Positions 42,724 to 51,997 of a DNA stretch of 56,941 bases are shown one piece after another. The DNA lies in the NCBI GenBank assembly GCA_026392385.1, contig JAPLCG010000064.1, forward strand, positions 1 to 56,941, in the 5' to 3' direction. The notes under the pieces were generated by a model. That model searched no databases. It was not told where the DNA came from and worked only from the letters and a program-made list of their open reading frames with translations. The position numbers were made by a program, and so were the translations under genes. Numbering within the stretch: position 1 is the first letter of the stretch; each line of letters begins with the position of its first letter. The DNA comes from Solirubrobacterales bacterium. Its GTDB lineage: Bacteria; Actinomycetota; Thermoleophilia; Solirubrobacterales; Solirubrobacteraceae.

Positions 42724-43728
42724 CTACTCCTGTTCGCGAAGTGAGCGAACTCTGGAGTTCTCTGCGAGGCGTCGGAGGCCCTGCTCTTCCAGCTGGCGAG
42801 CGCGCTCGGGTGTAACGCCGAGTTCGCGGCCTGTATGGGCAAGCGTTGCCGGATCGTCGAGGCCATTTAGGCCAAAGCGCAGTTCCAGCACCTTCCGCTC
42901 GTTAGTCGGCAGCGACTCAACTGCTTCAGCGATCAGGACGCGTCGGTTGTTGGTGTCGGCGAGCTCCTCGGGGAGTGGCCCATCGGCAGGCAGCAGGTCG
43001 CCGAGACTTGTCTCGCCGTCCTCACCAACTCCTACATCGAGGCTGGTGACAGCCAGCGATGCACGGCGCGCTTCGTTGATCTCTTCGATTGGCAGGTCGG
43101 CTGCCTCGGAGAGCTCCTCGTCAGTTGGGTCGCGGCCCAGCAGTGCTGCGAGTTCGCGCTCGGCACGGGCAAGTGCTCGCATCCGCTGGTTGACGTGTAC
43201 AGGTAGGCGGATTGTCCTCGCTGAATTTTCGAGGCCACGCTGAATCGCCTGGCGAATCCAGAGGGTTCCATAGGTTGAGAACTTGAATCCCTTGCGGTGG
43301 TCGAATTTTTCGACTGCGCGGATCAGGCCGAGCATGCCCTCCTGAACGAGGTCGTTCATGTCAAGGCCATGGCCTTGGTAGCGGCGCGCAACGGACACGA
43401 CAAGCCGCAGATTCGAGTTGATCATCCGCTCCTTGGACTGCAGGTCGCCGCGTTCGATGCCCTTGGCAAGCTCAACCTCTTGGGCCTTGTCGAGCAGTGG
43501 GTAGCTGCGGCTAAGCGAGAGCAGGTGGCCGAGTGCGTCGCCGGCAGGGTCGGTTGCAGGATGTGCGCCAGCTGCGTGAGCTCCGTGGCCGCTAAGCCGG
43601 CTCTGGGCGCGTGCTGAGTCGCCGCCGCCTGGGCGTCGGGTTGGGCGCAACGGAGCGCGCTTCTCATGAGCTGAAGCGGTTGCCTTCTTGGCGGTCTTGC
43701 TGTTCTTTGGGGTTTTCTTAGTTGCCAT
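42724..43728 (-). CDS. Sigma-70 family factor (short RpoD/SigA-like)
   Basis: NLRLVVSVARRY, DLVQEG..GLIRAVEKFD..KGFKFSTY, ERARQLE; ATG 43728. Confidence 0.93.
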   Translation of the reverse strand: MATKKTPKNSKTAKKATASAHEKRAPLRPTRRPGGGDSARAQSRLSGHGAHAAGAHPATDPAGDALGHLLSLSRSYPLLDKAQEVELAKGIERGDLQSKERMINSNLRLVVSVARRYQGHGLDMNDLVQEGMLGLIRAVEKFDHRKGFKFSTYGTLWIRQAIQRGLENSARTIRLPVHVNQRMRALARAERELAALLGRDPTDEELSEAADLPIEEINEARRASLAVTSLDVGVGEDGETSLGDLLPADGPLPEELADTNNRRVLIAEAVESLPTNERKVLELRFGLNGLDDPATLAHTGRELGVTPERARQLEEQGLRRLAENSRVRSLREQE

Positions 43729-43874
43729 CTGTTTCCTGACTATAGGTAAGTAACGGGGCTGAGTCAAGTTTCTGCTGCGCAGTGTGCGCCTTTTCACTTA
43801 CGTTGAAGCTGTCCTCTGGATTGTTTGGTCGCTGCGGTCGTGCGATTCCTGACGCTGGCTATCATCAGTAGTAC

Positions 43875-45077
43875 GTGCGAGTGAGGATTCTTGGACCGGT
43901 TTTGATCGCCTTTGCCGCTTTTGCGGGCCTATTGGCGCTTTCACTGGGCCTTTCCTCAACTTCGAAAGCAAAGGATGCCAGCCGTTCCTCAACGGGACTT
44001 AAACTTTCGCTGATTGGTGGTTTCAACATGCCGCTGGGCGTTGTTCAGCCACCAAGCGATAGCTCTCGTCTGTTCATCGTGCAGCAGCGCGGGCAGGTCG
44101 TCTTGTTCCTAAACGGGCGCAGGCAGTCACAGCCATTTCTTGACATCAGCGCCAAAGTTTCCTGCTGCGGCGAACAAGGGCTGCTCGGACTGGCCTTCGC
44201 CCCTGATTACGCATCCAGCGGACTGTTCTATGTCGACTACACCGACCGAAGTGGCAACGTAAAGATCGTCGAGTACCGACGCTCAACAACGAACCCGAAC
44301 CTCGCAAACGCTGCGACCGCGCGGCTGGTCCTCAGCCAGACTGAACCGCAGAGCAATCACAACGGCGGCCACCTCGTGTTTGGGCCTCGCGACCGAATGC
44401 TCTATATCGGGCTCGGCGACGGTGGGTCAGGCAATGACCCTCACGGACTGCTTGGCAATGGCCAAAATCTCTCCACTCTGCTCGGCAAGATTCTGCGGAT
44501 CGACCCTCGCCGCAAGGGTTCAAAGCCTTATACGGTTCCTGCTTCCAATCCGTTTGTCGGCCTAGCAGGAGCGCGTAGCGAGATCTGGGCATACGGTTTG
44601 CGTAACCCGTGGCGCTTTAGCTTTGATTCGGCGACCGGTGGTCTTGTGATTGGGGATGTTGGACAGGACGCAATCGAGGAGATTGACTGGGCTCCAGGAC
44701 CCGGTTACGGGCGGGGAGTCAACTATGGCTGGCGGCCATGGGAGGGGACGCGGGCAAATTATCCCGGTGAGACTGCCGCTGGCGCGGTAATGCCCGTTGC
44801 CCAGTTCACTCACGCGTCTGGTCGCTGTTCAGTAACCGGTGGTTACGTGCTGCATGATCGCCGCATCCCGAGCCTCGAGGGCAAGTACATCTACGGCGAC
44901 TTCTGCACCGGCACGCTCTGGACGGCGTCGCTACGCGAAGGGAGCTTGGCAGCAACAGTTTCAGCCCCGCTCGCAATCAAACTCGCCGGGCTGACAACCT
45001 TTGGTGAGGATCAAGCAGGGCGGATTTACCTCGCTTCGCTGTTTAACAACAATGTCTATCGGCTCGACCCGCGATAG
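43875..45077 (+). CDS. Secreted PQQ-dependent sugar (glucose/sorbosone) dehydrogenase family protein
   Basis: Signal peptide; EQGLLGLAF, NHNGG, GDGG, GKILRID, YGLRNPWR. Confidence 0.92.
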   Translation: MRVRILGPVLIAFAAFAGLLALSLGLSSTSKAKDASRSSTGLKLSLIGGFNMPLGVVQPPSDSSRLFIVQQRGQVVLFLNGRRQSQPFLDISAKVSCCGEQGLLGLAFAPDYASSGLFYVDYTDRSGNVKIVEYRRSTTNPNLANAATARLVLSQTEPQSNHNGGHLVFGPRDRMLYIGLGDGGSGNDPHGLLGNGQNLSTLLGKILRIDPRRKGSKPYTVPASNPFVGLAGARSEIWAYGLRNPWRFSFDSATGGLVIGDVGQDAIEEIDWAPGPGYGRGVNYGWRPWEGTRANYPGETAAGAVMPVAQFTHASGRCSVTGGYVLHDRRIPSLEGKYIYGDFCTGTLWTASLREGSLAATVSAPLAIKLAGLTTFGEDQAGRIYLASLFNNNVYRLDPR

Positions 45078-45085
45078 TCATTGCG

Positions 45086-45871
45086 GTGAGAGTCGAATTT
45101 AACGACGGCGAAGTAGTTGGACTTACAGCTGATAATCCCGGCCCGTTAACGCTTGCTGGAACGAACAGCTGGATCGTTGGCCGCGAAGGGGCCTGGGTTA
45201 TTGATCCAGGTCCGGATCAATCGCTTCACATCGAGCAAATTGCAGCCGAGGTTGCTGGTCGAGGTGGACTTGCCGGCATTGCCTTGACCCACGGTCATGG
45301 AGATCACAGCGATGGGGTTGAGCGACTGCTCGCCAGCAGTGGTCGCACTGTCACGGTGGTTGGGCCAGTACCGCACGGCGAAGGGAGTCCAGCCCACGGA
45401 AGTCAGCACGGACCGCTTGAGGTGCACCGGCTGCCCGGCCATACGGCTGATCACGTCGCCTACATCTATGAAGGAATCGCCTTTACCGGTGATGCAATCT
45501 TTGCTGAAAGCAGCGTTTTCGTATCACCGGGAAGCGGCTCGCTTGCCGGCTACCTTCAGGCACTTGAACAGCTGGCCAGTCGTCAGCCAATCGTTCTGGC
45601 GCCAGGCCATGGGCCAGTGATCAATGACCCAGAGACTCGAATCAACCAGCAGATCGCCCACCGCCTCGACCGCGAACGCAGGCTGCTTGAGGCGCTTGCC
45701 AGTGGCAGTCGAACGGTTGACCAACTGCTCGCCGAGGTCTGGGACGATGTCCCTGAGGCACTGCTGCCAGCAGCTGCTGTCACGCTTGCCGCGCACCTTG
45801 ACAAGCTCGACGACGAAGCAAGCCTTCCCGAGGGCGTTGAGCGCCCGACTGTGCCCGACTGGATCATCTAG
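45086..45871 (+). CDS. Metallo-beta-lactamase-fold hydrolase
   Basis: NPGPLTLAGTN, THGHGDH, PGHTADH, TGD, PGHG. Confidence 0.92.
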   Translation: MRVEFNDGEVVGLTADNPGPLTLAGTNSWIVGREGAWVIDPGPDQSLHIEQIAAEVAGRGGLAGIALTHGHGDHSDGVERLLASSGRTVTVVGPVPHGEGSPAHGSQHGPLEVHRLPGHTADHVAYIYEGIAFTGDAIFAESSVFVSPGSGSLAGYLQALEQLASRQPIVLAPGHGPVINDPETRINQQIAHRLDRERRLLEALASGSRTVDQLLAEVWDDVPEALLPAAAVTLAAHLDKLDDEASLPEGVERPTVPDWII

Positions 45872-45904
45872 AAACTCCGCGGTTGGTTGTGTAGTGTCGT
45901 AGCA

Positions 45905-46029
45905 GTGGCTGAGGAGAGAGTCACCAACCTCTCAAGATGAATCCTGCCGACGCGGAGCGGGTTGGCCTAGAGGTTGGCAATGGCAAAATGGTCGGTGTGC
46001 AGACGCTCGCCAAGCCCTCCAGTGACTGA
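45905..46029 (+). pseudogene. Possible relic of a molybdopterin oxidoreductase gene
   Basis: GTG-AEERVTNLS joined out of frame to PLKMNPADAERVGLEVG, resembling the (I/M)NPxDAxxxGI/L motif of the molybdopterin-dinucleotide-binding domain. Confidence 0.45.
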
Positions 46030-46072
46030 TCGCGGCAGGTCAAGGCTCAACACGGGGTAATCTGAACCTCCG

Positions 46073-46813
46073 ATGGCGGGTTCCCCAACAGTTGGTCTGC
46101 CAATTGCGTTTCTCGCAGGATTGGTGAGTTTCCTTTCCCCGTGCGTGTTGCCGCTCGTACCCGGCTACCTGAGCGTGATCGGTGGCGTCAGCCCGGCCGA
46201 CATGAAGCGTGGCGACACGCGGCGTGTTGTTGTCCCAGCGCTGATATTCGTAATCAGCTTCTCGACCATCTTCATTTTGCTTGGTCTGACGGCAACCGGG
46301 CTTGGAAGTTGGCTCTTTTCGAATCAGCGCACACTCGAAAAGATCTCGGGTGGTCTGATCATCGCGATGGGGTTGGTCTTCCTGCTGAGCCCGTTCATTC
46401 CGGCGCTATCTCGCGAATGGCACCCCGGCGGTTTGATCGAGAAGGCGGGCCGTGGCGGCCCGGTTGTTGCCGGTGCTGCCTTCGCAATCGCTTGGACGCC
46501 CTGCATTGGCCCAACGCTTAGCGCGATTCTCGCTACCGCAGCCCTGTCGCATTCCGCCGGTCGCGGCGCTCTGCTGCTGGGCTTCTACTCGCTTGGTCTA
46601 GCGGTTCCGTTCATGCTCACGGCACTTGCCTTCGGACGGATGACCAGCGCCTTTGCAGTTGTCAAGCGCCACTACGCAGTCGTTGTTGCCGTTGGCGGCG
46701 TGGTTCTCGTTGTGCTTGGCGTTCTGATCTGGACCGGCGAGTTCTTCCGGCTAAACAGCGAAGCCCAGAATCTTCTCCAGAACATTGGCATTGGTGACCC
46801 CGGCAGTTACTGA
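46073..46813 (+). CDS. ccdA: Cytochrome c biogenesis protein CcdA
   Basis: SFLSPCVLPLVPGY and WTPCIGP. Confidence 0.93.
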   Translation: MAGSPTVGLPIAFLAGLVSFLSPCVLPLVPGYLSVIGGVSPADMKRGDTRRVVVPALIFVISFSTIFILLGLTATGLGSWLFSNQRTLEKISGGLIIAMGLVFLLSPFIPALSREWHPGGLIEKAGRGGPVVAGAAFAIAWTPCIGPTLSAILATAALSHSAGRGALLLGFYSLGLAVPFMLTALAFGRMTSAFAVVKRHYAVVVAVGGVVLVVLGVLIWTGEFFRLNSEAQNLLQNIGIGDPGSY

Positions 46814-46893
46814 AAAGTGATCCCTCTGCGAGCAAAGCGCCGTATTCAGGAGCAAATGAACCCTCATCTATCTCCGACCGGTACGCTAGGACA

Positions 46894-46906
46894 TAGAATT
46901 ATTCTA
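46894..46906. promoter_or_regulatory. Fur-family-like operator TAGAAT-T-ATTCTA
   Basis: Perfect AT-rich 6-1-6 palindrome just downstream of TACGCT, upstream of a ZIP transporter. Confidence 0.6.
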
Positions 46907-46980
46907 GGTGCTAGGCTGACGAAGGAAGCGCCACTCACGGCGTCAACCGCCCCGAAAATGAACATGGATCCAGTCGCCTG

Positions 46981-47847
46981 ATGACCTTCTCCCAGACCGC
47001 CCTGATGGGTGCGATTGCAGGACTTACGATCTTTATCGGTCTGCCGCTAGGCAGAATGCGTGGCCTCAGTTCCCAGGTCCGCCTTTCACTTGCGATGTTT
47101 TCAGTCGGCGTCCTTGCCTTCCTGTTTGTTGACGTTTCAGCCCACGGCTTTGCGATCGTCGAGACTGCGGTCGAGAAACTGCGTGACGGCTCTGGAGGAC
47201 TCGGCTACACGCTGCTACTCGTTCTACTGATTGCAGTCGGATTCATTCTTGGTAGCGCTGGACTCGCCGCCGTCGACCGCAAGATGCGTAACTCGGGACC
47301 ATCAGCAGTGGCACCGATCGCCGGCGGCGAAGCTGCCACCGTGCTTTCGCCAACGGAAACACAGAGTTATGTGAATGAGGCTGATGTTGCGAGGCGTCGC
47401 ACACTTAGAACCGGCCTGATGATCGCGACAGCAATTGGGATTCACAACCTCGGCGAGGGACTCGCAATCGGCGTTTCGGCACGCAGCGGCGCCATTTCGC
47501 TGGCGACTGTTCTCGTTGTTGGCTTCGCCCTGCACAACGCAACTGAAGGATTTGGGATCGTTGGGCCACTCGGTTCAGTTCGGCCAACATGGCGCTGGCT
47601 TGGGCTTGCCGGACTGATCGCCGGAGCGCCAGTATTTGTCGGCACGATTATTGGATGGAACGTCCAAAGCGATCCACTTGAGCTTGCCTGCTACGCACTC
47701 GCTTCGGGCGCAATCCTCTACGTGATCGGTGAGATCTGGCACGCGATGCGGCGCCTTGGCCATCGCGAACTCGGCCTGCTGATGCTTGGCGCGGGCTTCG
47801 TTGTCGGTGTTGTCACCGACCTCGTAGTTGTCTACGGCGGCGGTTGA
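46981..47847 (+). CDS. ZIP-family metal transporter
   Basis: HNLGEGLAIG and HNATEG motifs; about 8 TM segments. Confidence 0.92.
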   Translation: MTFSQTALMGAIAGLTIFIGLPLGRMRGLSSQVRLSLAMFSVGVLAFLFVDVSAHGFAIVETAVEKLRDGSGGLGYTLLLVLLIAVGFILGSAGLAAVDRKMRNSGPSAVAPIAGGEAATVLSPTETQSYVNEADVARRRTLRTGLMIATAIGIHNLGEGLAIGVSARSGAISLATVLVVGFALHNATEGFGIVGPLGSVRPTWRWLGLAGLIAGAPVFVGTIIGWNVQSDPLELACYALASGAILYVIGEIWHAMRRLGHRELGLLMLGAGFVVGVVTDLVVVYGGG

Positions 47848-47850
47848 CGC

Positions 47851-48690
47851 TCAGCTGCCAGCTTCGGCGCTACGGATTGCATCCGCGCCGCGCCTGCCGA
47901 TAAGTCGCTCAATCAGTGGTTGGGCGACTCCATGGCTGGCAATAAGTGGCTTGACCCAACCTGGGTAAGCCACAATCCGCGAGCGTGTCTCAATGCCCTT
48001 GATTAGTGCATCGATCGCGCCTTCAAGCGGGTAGACCTTGGCGACTGGGCCAGGCAACTGATCTCGCATTGCTACAGCGACGGGCCGATCAAATGCATTG
48101 CGGACAAGGTCAGTGTCGAGGAAGCTGAAGTATCCACAGCCAACGGTTGTACCCGTACCGGCTAGCTCCTGGCGTAGGACATTGGCGAGCGCCTCAACAG
48201 CGGCCTTCGACGCTGCGTAAGGGCCCATTGTCGGCGCATGACTTACTGCTGCGACCGATGCGATCGGCAAGAGATGGCCACGGCGCTCAACAACATGCGG
48301 CAGAACAGCCTGGCTTGTGCTGAAAACACCGGTTAGGTTGATGTCGATCACGCGCTGAAACTCCTCTGGCGCGATTTCCGCGAGCGATCCGGCGGTCTCA
48401 ACGCCAGCGTTTGCGACGGCTACATCAATTCCTCCGAGAGCACTGACCGTCTCAGCGACTGCGCGGTCAAGAGCGGGTCGGTCACGAACATCCGCTTCGG
48501 CAACAACAACATCAACGCCGTACTCGCCGCGAATCCGCTCAGCGAGAGTCTCCATCCGTTCAGGTTCAAGTCCAACTAGTGCCAGTCGTGCGCCACGTTT
48601 GGCAACTGCGAGTGCCAAGCCTTCGCCGATTCCGCGGGCTGGGCCGGTGATTAGGACTGTTCGTCCGCCGAGTGAATAGTTAGTTGCCAT
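47851..48690 (-). CDS. Short-chain dehydrogenase/reductase
   Basis: TGPARGIG, NAG, YAASK. Confidence 0.93.
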   Translation of the reverse strand: MATNYSLGGRTVLITGPARGIGEGLALAVAKRGARLALVGLEPERMETLAERIRGEYGVDVVVAEADVRDRPALDRAVAETVSALGGIDVAVANAGVETAGSLAEIAPEEFQRVIDINLTGVFSTSQAVLPHVVERRGHLLPIASVAAVSHAPTMGPYAASKAAVEALANVLRQELAGTGTTVGCGYFSFLDTDLVRNAFDRPVAVAMRDQLPGPVAKVYPLEGAIDALIKGIETRSRIVAYPGWVKPLIASHGVAQPLIERLIGRRGADAIRSAEAGS

Positions 48691-48708
48691 TGATCGGCAG
48701 GCTATCGC

Positions 48709-49521
48709 TCAGAGGACAACTACTGAGTCACCCTCTGCGAGCGGGTAGCGATCAGCAGAGATGGGAGCGAGGTCATTAACGGTGCATGGCGCCTCAGGGT
48801 CGGCGCCAGCAGCTGCAAGCGCCTCAGTCAGCGTCCAGCTCCGTTGAACGCTTCTCCGCCCGCTGACGTTAACTCGGACCCGTGGTGCAGCGCCCGTGAG
48901 CTGGCCAAGCCTCTCTCGAGTATCTGCATCACTAAGCGATGCCAGCTGCGGGTCGAGTTCGGCAAGTCGGTCGTCAGCAAGTAGGTCGGCCTCAGTGAGA
49001 CTCAGCATCCTTGTCCCTGCCGCTACAGACCAAGGTCGGCGCTCACCAGCTTTGAGCGCGTTCGAGACTTGGCTGGCTAGCGAGACTCGCCATCCGCCTG
49101 GGAATGGTCGCGGTCGCCCATCAGGTCCTTCCAGCAGGGCAGTCTCTGCATCAGATTCAGCGAGCAAGAAGGCAAGGGCACTGACAAATGCCGGATGGAG
49201 CAGCGGCGTATCGCAGGGGACAACAATCGCAATGTCAGCGACCCCCTCAAGGGCCAAGAGGCCGGCGGCAAGACCGGCGAGAGGCCCTGCATCAGGCTCA
49301 CTATCGACAGCCAGCATTGCGCCGCGAGGCAGGTCGTTCGGGGTTTCGCCTCCAGAACCAGCAGCGACAATCAGTGGCCCGCCGCCAATACCGCGTGAAA
49401 CTAGCTTCGCCGTGCGTGCGGCGAGCGACATTCCGCCAACTTCCGCGAACGCCTTTGCGCTACCGAACCTTTCTCCGAGCCCACCGGCAAGGACGATCCC
49501 AGCAACTCGCGTTGGCGTCAT
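48709..49521 (-). CDS. mobA: Molybdenum cofactor guanylyltransferase with small C-terminal ThiS/MoaD-like domain
   Basis: LAGGLGERFG..KA, GPLAGL, PCDTP. Confidence 0.8.
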   Translation of the reverse strand: MTPTRVAGIVLAGGLGERFGSAKAFAEVGGMSLAARTAKLVSRGIGGGPLIVAAGSGGETPNDLPRGAMLAVDSEPDAGPLAGLAAGLLALEGVADIAIVVPCDTPLLHPAFVSALAFLLAESDAETALLEGPDGRPRPFPGGWRVSLASQVSNALKAGERRPWSVAAGTRMLSLTEADLLADDRLAELDPQLASLSDADTRERLGQLTGAAPRVRVNVSGRRSVQRSWTLTEALAAAGADPEAPCTVNDLAPISADRYPLAEGDSVVVL

Positions 49522-49525
49522 CCGA

Positions 49526-50161
49526 TCAGAGCGAGTCGTAGCCAGGGTCGCCCGGAAGCAGGACGCGCGCTATCTCGCCGAGAATCTCGATGCGAGGTTC
49601 AACTGGTTCAACGGTTGTTCCCCTTGCGTGTTCAAGCAGCGCATGGGCATTGTCAAACTGCGAAATCTGCTCGAGGCTGCGAATCGTTGGGAAGACCAGC
49701 AGCAGCTCGTCGCGCCCGTGCGCCTCGAGTGCCGATTGCGGAGTCTCCCAGCGCAGGTCAACGCATTCGTGCCCGTCAACACTGGGTACGGCGCCATCAG
49801 GGAGTTCGGCGAGGTAGAACCAAGTGTCAAAGCGGATCTTTACCTCGCGCGGGGTTATCCAGCGGGAGAAGGGGACAAGACTCTCAACGGAATTGAGCTC
49901 GATTCCGGCCTCCTCAGTTACCTCTCGCACTGCCGCAGCTCTTAGCGCGGCTTCGCCAATTCCATCTGACTTATCAACAGCACCGCCGGGGAATACCCAT
50001 GCGCCACCCATAAAACGAGACTCGATATTGCGCTGGACGAGCAGCACTTCAAGCGACTCGTTTCCGCCTCTGAGCACGATCACTGTTGATGCTTCGCGAG
50101 GGACGGTCTCAGGACCGTCGTTGAGTGTCTCTCCGGGAGCCCGTGGCGGTAGGTCACTCAT
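49526..50161 (-). CDS. NUDIX hydrolase
   Basis: FPGGAVD...AAVREVTEEAG, RWITP, RFDTWF. Confidence 0.92.
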   Translation of the reverse strand: MSDLPPRAPGETLNDGPETVPREASTVIVLRGGNESLEVLLVQRNIESRFMGGAWVFPGGAVDKSDGIGEAALRAAAVREVTEEAGIELNSVESLVPFSRWITPREVKIRFDTWFYLAELPDGAVPSVDGHECVDLRWETPQSALEAHGRDELLLVFPTIRSLEQISQFDNAHALLEHARGTTVEPVEPRIEILGEIARVLLPGDPGYDSL

Positions 50162-50197
50162 TCAACGCAGGCTATCGCGATGGCCTACGATTGACCA

Positions 50198-50377
50198 ATG
50201 AGCGAAGCAGAAACAATTCGATGGATTTGTGAGTCGTGCGGGTTCATCTATGAACCTGAGCTTGGTGACCCGGACGGTGGTATTCCGCCAGGCACTAAGT
50301 TCGAGGATATTCCAGACACTTGGTACTGCCCGGTCTGCGGTGCAAAGAAGTCGGAATTTGTCCCGTACGAAGACTGA
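50198..50377 (+). CDS. Rubredoxin (59 aa, not in ORF track)
   Basis: [43 protein letters not shown] 6 nt after TACGAT. Confidence 0.96.
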   Translation: MSEAETIRWICESCGFIYEPELGDPDGGIPPGTKFEDIPDTWYCPVCGAKKSEFVPYED

Positions 50378-50390
50378 TTGACGCGCTTCG

Positions 50391-50422
50391 GGCGGAGCAT
50401 CGAATCTGTTCGGCGCTCCGCC
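50391..50422 (+). terminator. Hairpin after rubredoxin
   Basis: GGCGGAGC...GCTCCGCC stem; no U-tract. Confidence 0.45.
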
Positions 50423-50659
50423 TAGCGTGCTGGCAGCGGTTGGCAGCAAAAAGGCAGTAGTCGCGGTCGATTTTGTCTGTCAACGCAACCGATTTCGAAA
50501 CTGCGCAACTTTTTGACTACCGACGGGTTATGGAGTGTGGGTCGGTCTCCGTTCTATCCATGACCCCGGTTCCGGTGGCCGGCCCCCTATTTTCTTCTTA
50601 CCCCGTTTCCAGTGACAGATGGAAACCTAAGTGCTCAGCAGGATTGATGCGCCGGTTAA

Positions 50660-51985
50660 TCAGCTGGCGGCTGCCAGAGCTTTAACCAGCGTCTGTTCAG
50701 CATCTGGCTCAGCAGCTGCCTCAATCGACGCAGCAACCGTTGATACAAGCTCACGCAGCTCCGTTTCGCTGATTGAGAGTGGTGGCATCAACACAACCAC
50801 GTCGCCAAGCGGGCGGACAATAACCCCGCGGAGGCGGGCCGCGAGTGTTACTAGGTGCCCGCTGCGCCGCTCCGGTTCGAAGCCTTGCAGTTCGATCCCG
50901 CACATCAGCCCAACCCGCCGGATCTCGCCAACGCTGGCGATTGGCTCAACCTCTGCCGCCAGCAGCTCACCGAGCAGCGCTGCGCTCGCCTTGACCCGAT
51001 CGAGTGTCTGCTCATTTTCAAATACATCAAGCGTCGCCAGGGCTGCAGCACAGGCAAGTGGATTGCCTGTGTAGGTGTGACCATGGAAGAAGGTTCGGTA
51101 CTCGGGGTGCGCGCCAAGGAACCCCTGGTAGATGCGCTCGCTTGAAAGCGTCGCTGCCAGCGGTAGATAACCGCCAGTCAGTCCTTTGGCAACGCACATT
51201 AGGTCCGGTTCGACAGCTTCGTGTTCGCAGGCAAACATCATTCCCGTGCGGCCGAATCCGGTGGCAACCTCATCGGCGATCATCAGGATCCCGTGCTCGT
51301 CGCAGAGGCGGCGGACCTCGGTCAGGTAGCCGGCCGGTTGCAGCAGCATGCCGGCGGCACCTTGAACGAGCGGTTCAACGATCACTGCTGCTACCTCACC
51401 GCCATGCTCGTCCAGAACTCTTGCGAGGTCGTTCGCATCGCCTGGCTCTGCCTCAAGCGTCTCAAACAGAAGCGGTCTGTAAATCGAATGGAAAAGCTCC
51501 ATACCGCCGACCGAAACCGATCCAAGTGTGTCGCCGTGGTAAGCCTCGCGCAGCCGGACGAAGCGCTTGCGCTGCGGTTCACCATTCTGGGCGTGGTACT
51601 GGAATGCCATCTTGATCGCGATCTCAACCGCAGTCGAGCCGCTGTCTGAGTAGAAGACGCGGTTTAGGTCGCCCGGAGCGAGAGCAGCAAGCCGCTCAGC
51701 GAGCCTGATTGCCGATGGATGGCTGAGGCCAAGCATCGTCGTGTGCGCGACGCGGTCGAGCTGATCACGGACCGCTTGGTCGATCGCTGGGTGACGATGG
51801 CCGTGGACATTGCACCAAAGCGATGAAACGCCGTCGATGTAGCTGTTGCCATCTGTGTCAGTCAGTCTGCAGCCACTTGCCGACTCAATGATCAGCGGCG
51901 GCTCGTCGTCAACCCAACCCTGCTGCTGGGTAAACGGGTGCCAGAGGTGGAGGCGGTCAGCGGCAATCAGCTCGTCGGTATTCAC
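50660..51985 (-). CDS. bioA: Adenosylmethionine-8-amino-7-oxononanoate transaminase
   Basis: LWHPFTQ, DGVSSLW, SGSTAVEIAIKMA, AYHGDT, DEVATGFGRTG, HGHTYTGNP. Confidence 0.97.
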   Translation of the reverse strand: MNTDELIAADRLHLWHPFTQQQGWVDDEPPLIIESASGCRLTDTDGNSYIDGVSSLWCNVHGHRHPAIDQAVRDQLDRVAHTTMLGLSHPSAIRLAERLAALAPGDLNRVFYSDSGSTAVEIAIKMAFQYHAQNGEPQRKRFVRLREAYHGDTLGSVSVGGMELFHSIYRPLLFETLEAEPGDANDLARVLDEHGGEVAAVIVEPLVQGAAGMLLQPAGYLTEVRRLCDEHGILMIADEVATGFGRTGMMFACEHEAVEPDLMCVAKGLTGGYLPLAATLSSERIYQGFLGAHPEYRTFFHGHTYTGNPLACAAALATLDVFENEQTLDRVKASAALLGELLAAEVEPIASVGEIRRVGLMCGIELQGFEPERRSGHLVTLAARLRGVIVRPLGDVVVLMPPLSISETELRELVSTVAASIEAAAEPDAEQTLVKALAAAS

Positions 51986-51997
51986 GGACGAATCAAG

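Noticed and set aside
45903..46030. Glycine or c-di-GMP riboswitch, or 6S RNA
   Set aside because: Only isolated fragments (GGAGAG, CTCTCA, GGCAAA) match, without the required order or core motifs; ccdA has its own TAATCT nearby.
48896..49945. 349-aa plus-strand ORF
   Set aside because: Antisense to mobA and the NUDIX gene, Ser/Ala/Arg-rich, with no motifs.
35944..50422. REP-like family suggested by GCTCCGCC/GGCGGAGC in two hairpins (35944 and 50391)
   Set aside because: Only two copies, with arms in opposite order and unrelated interiors; more simply independent terminator-like stems.
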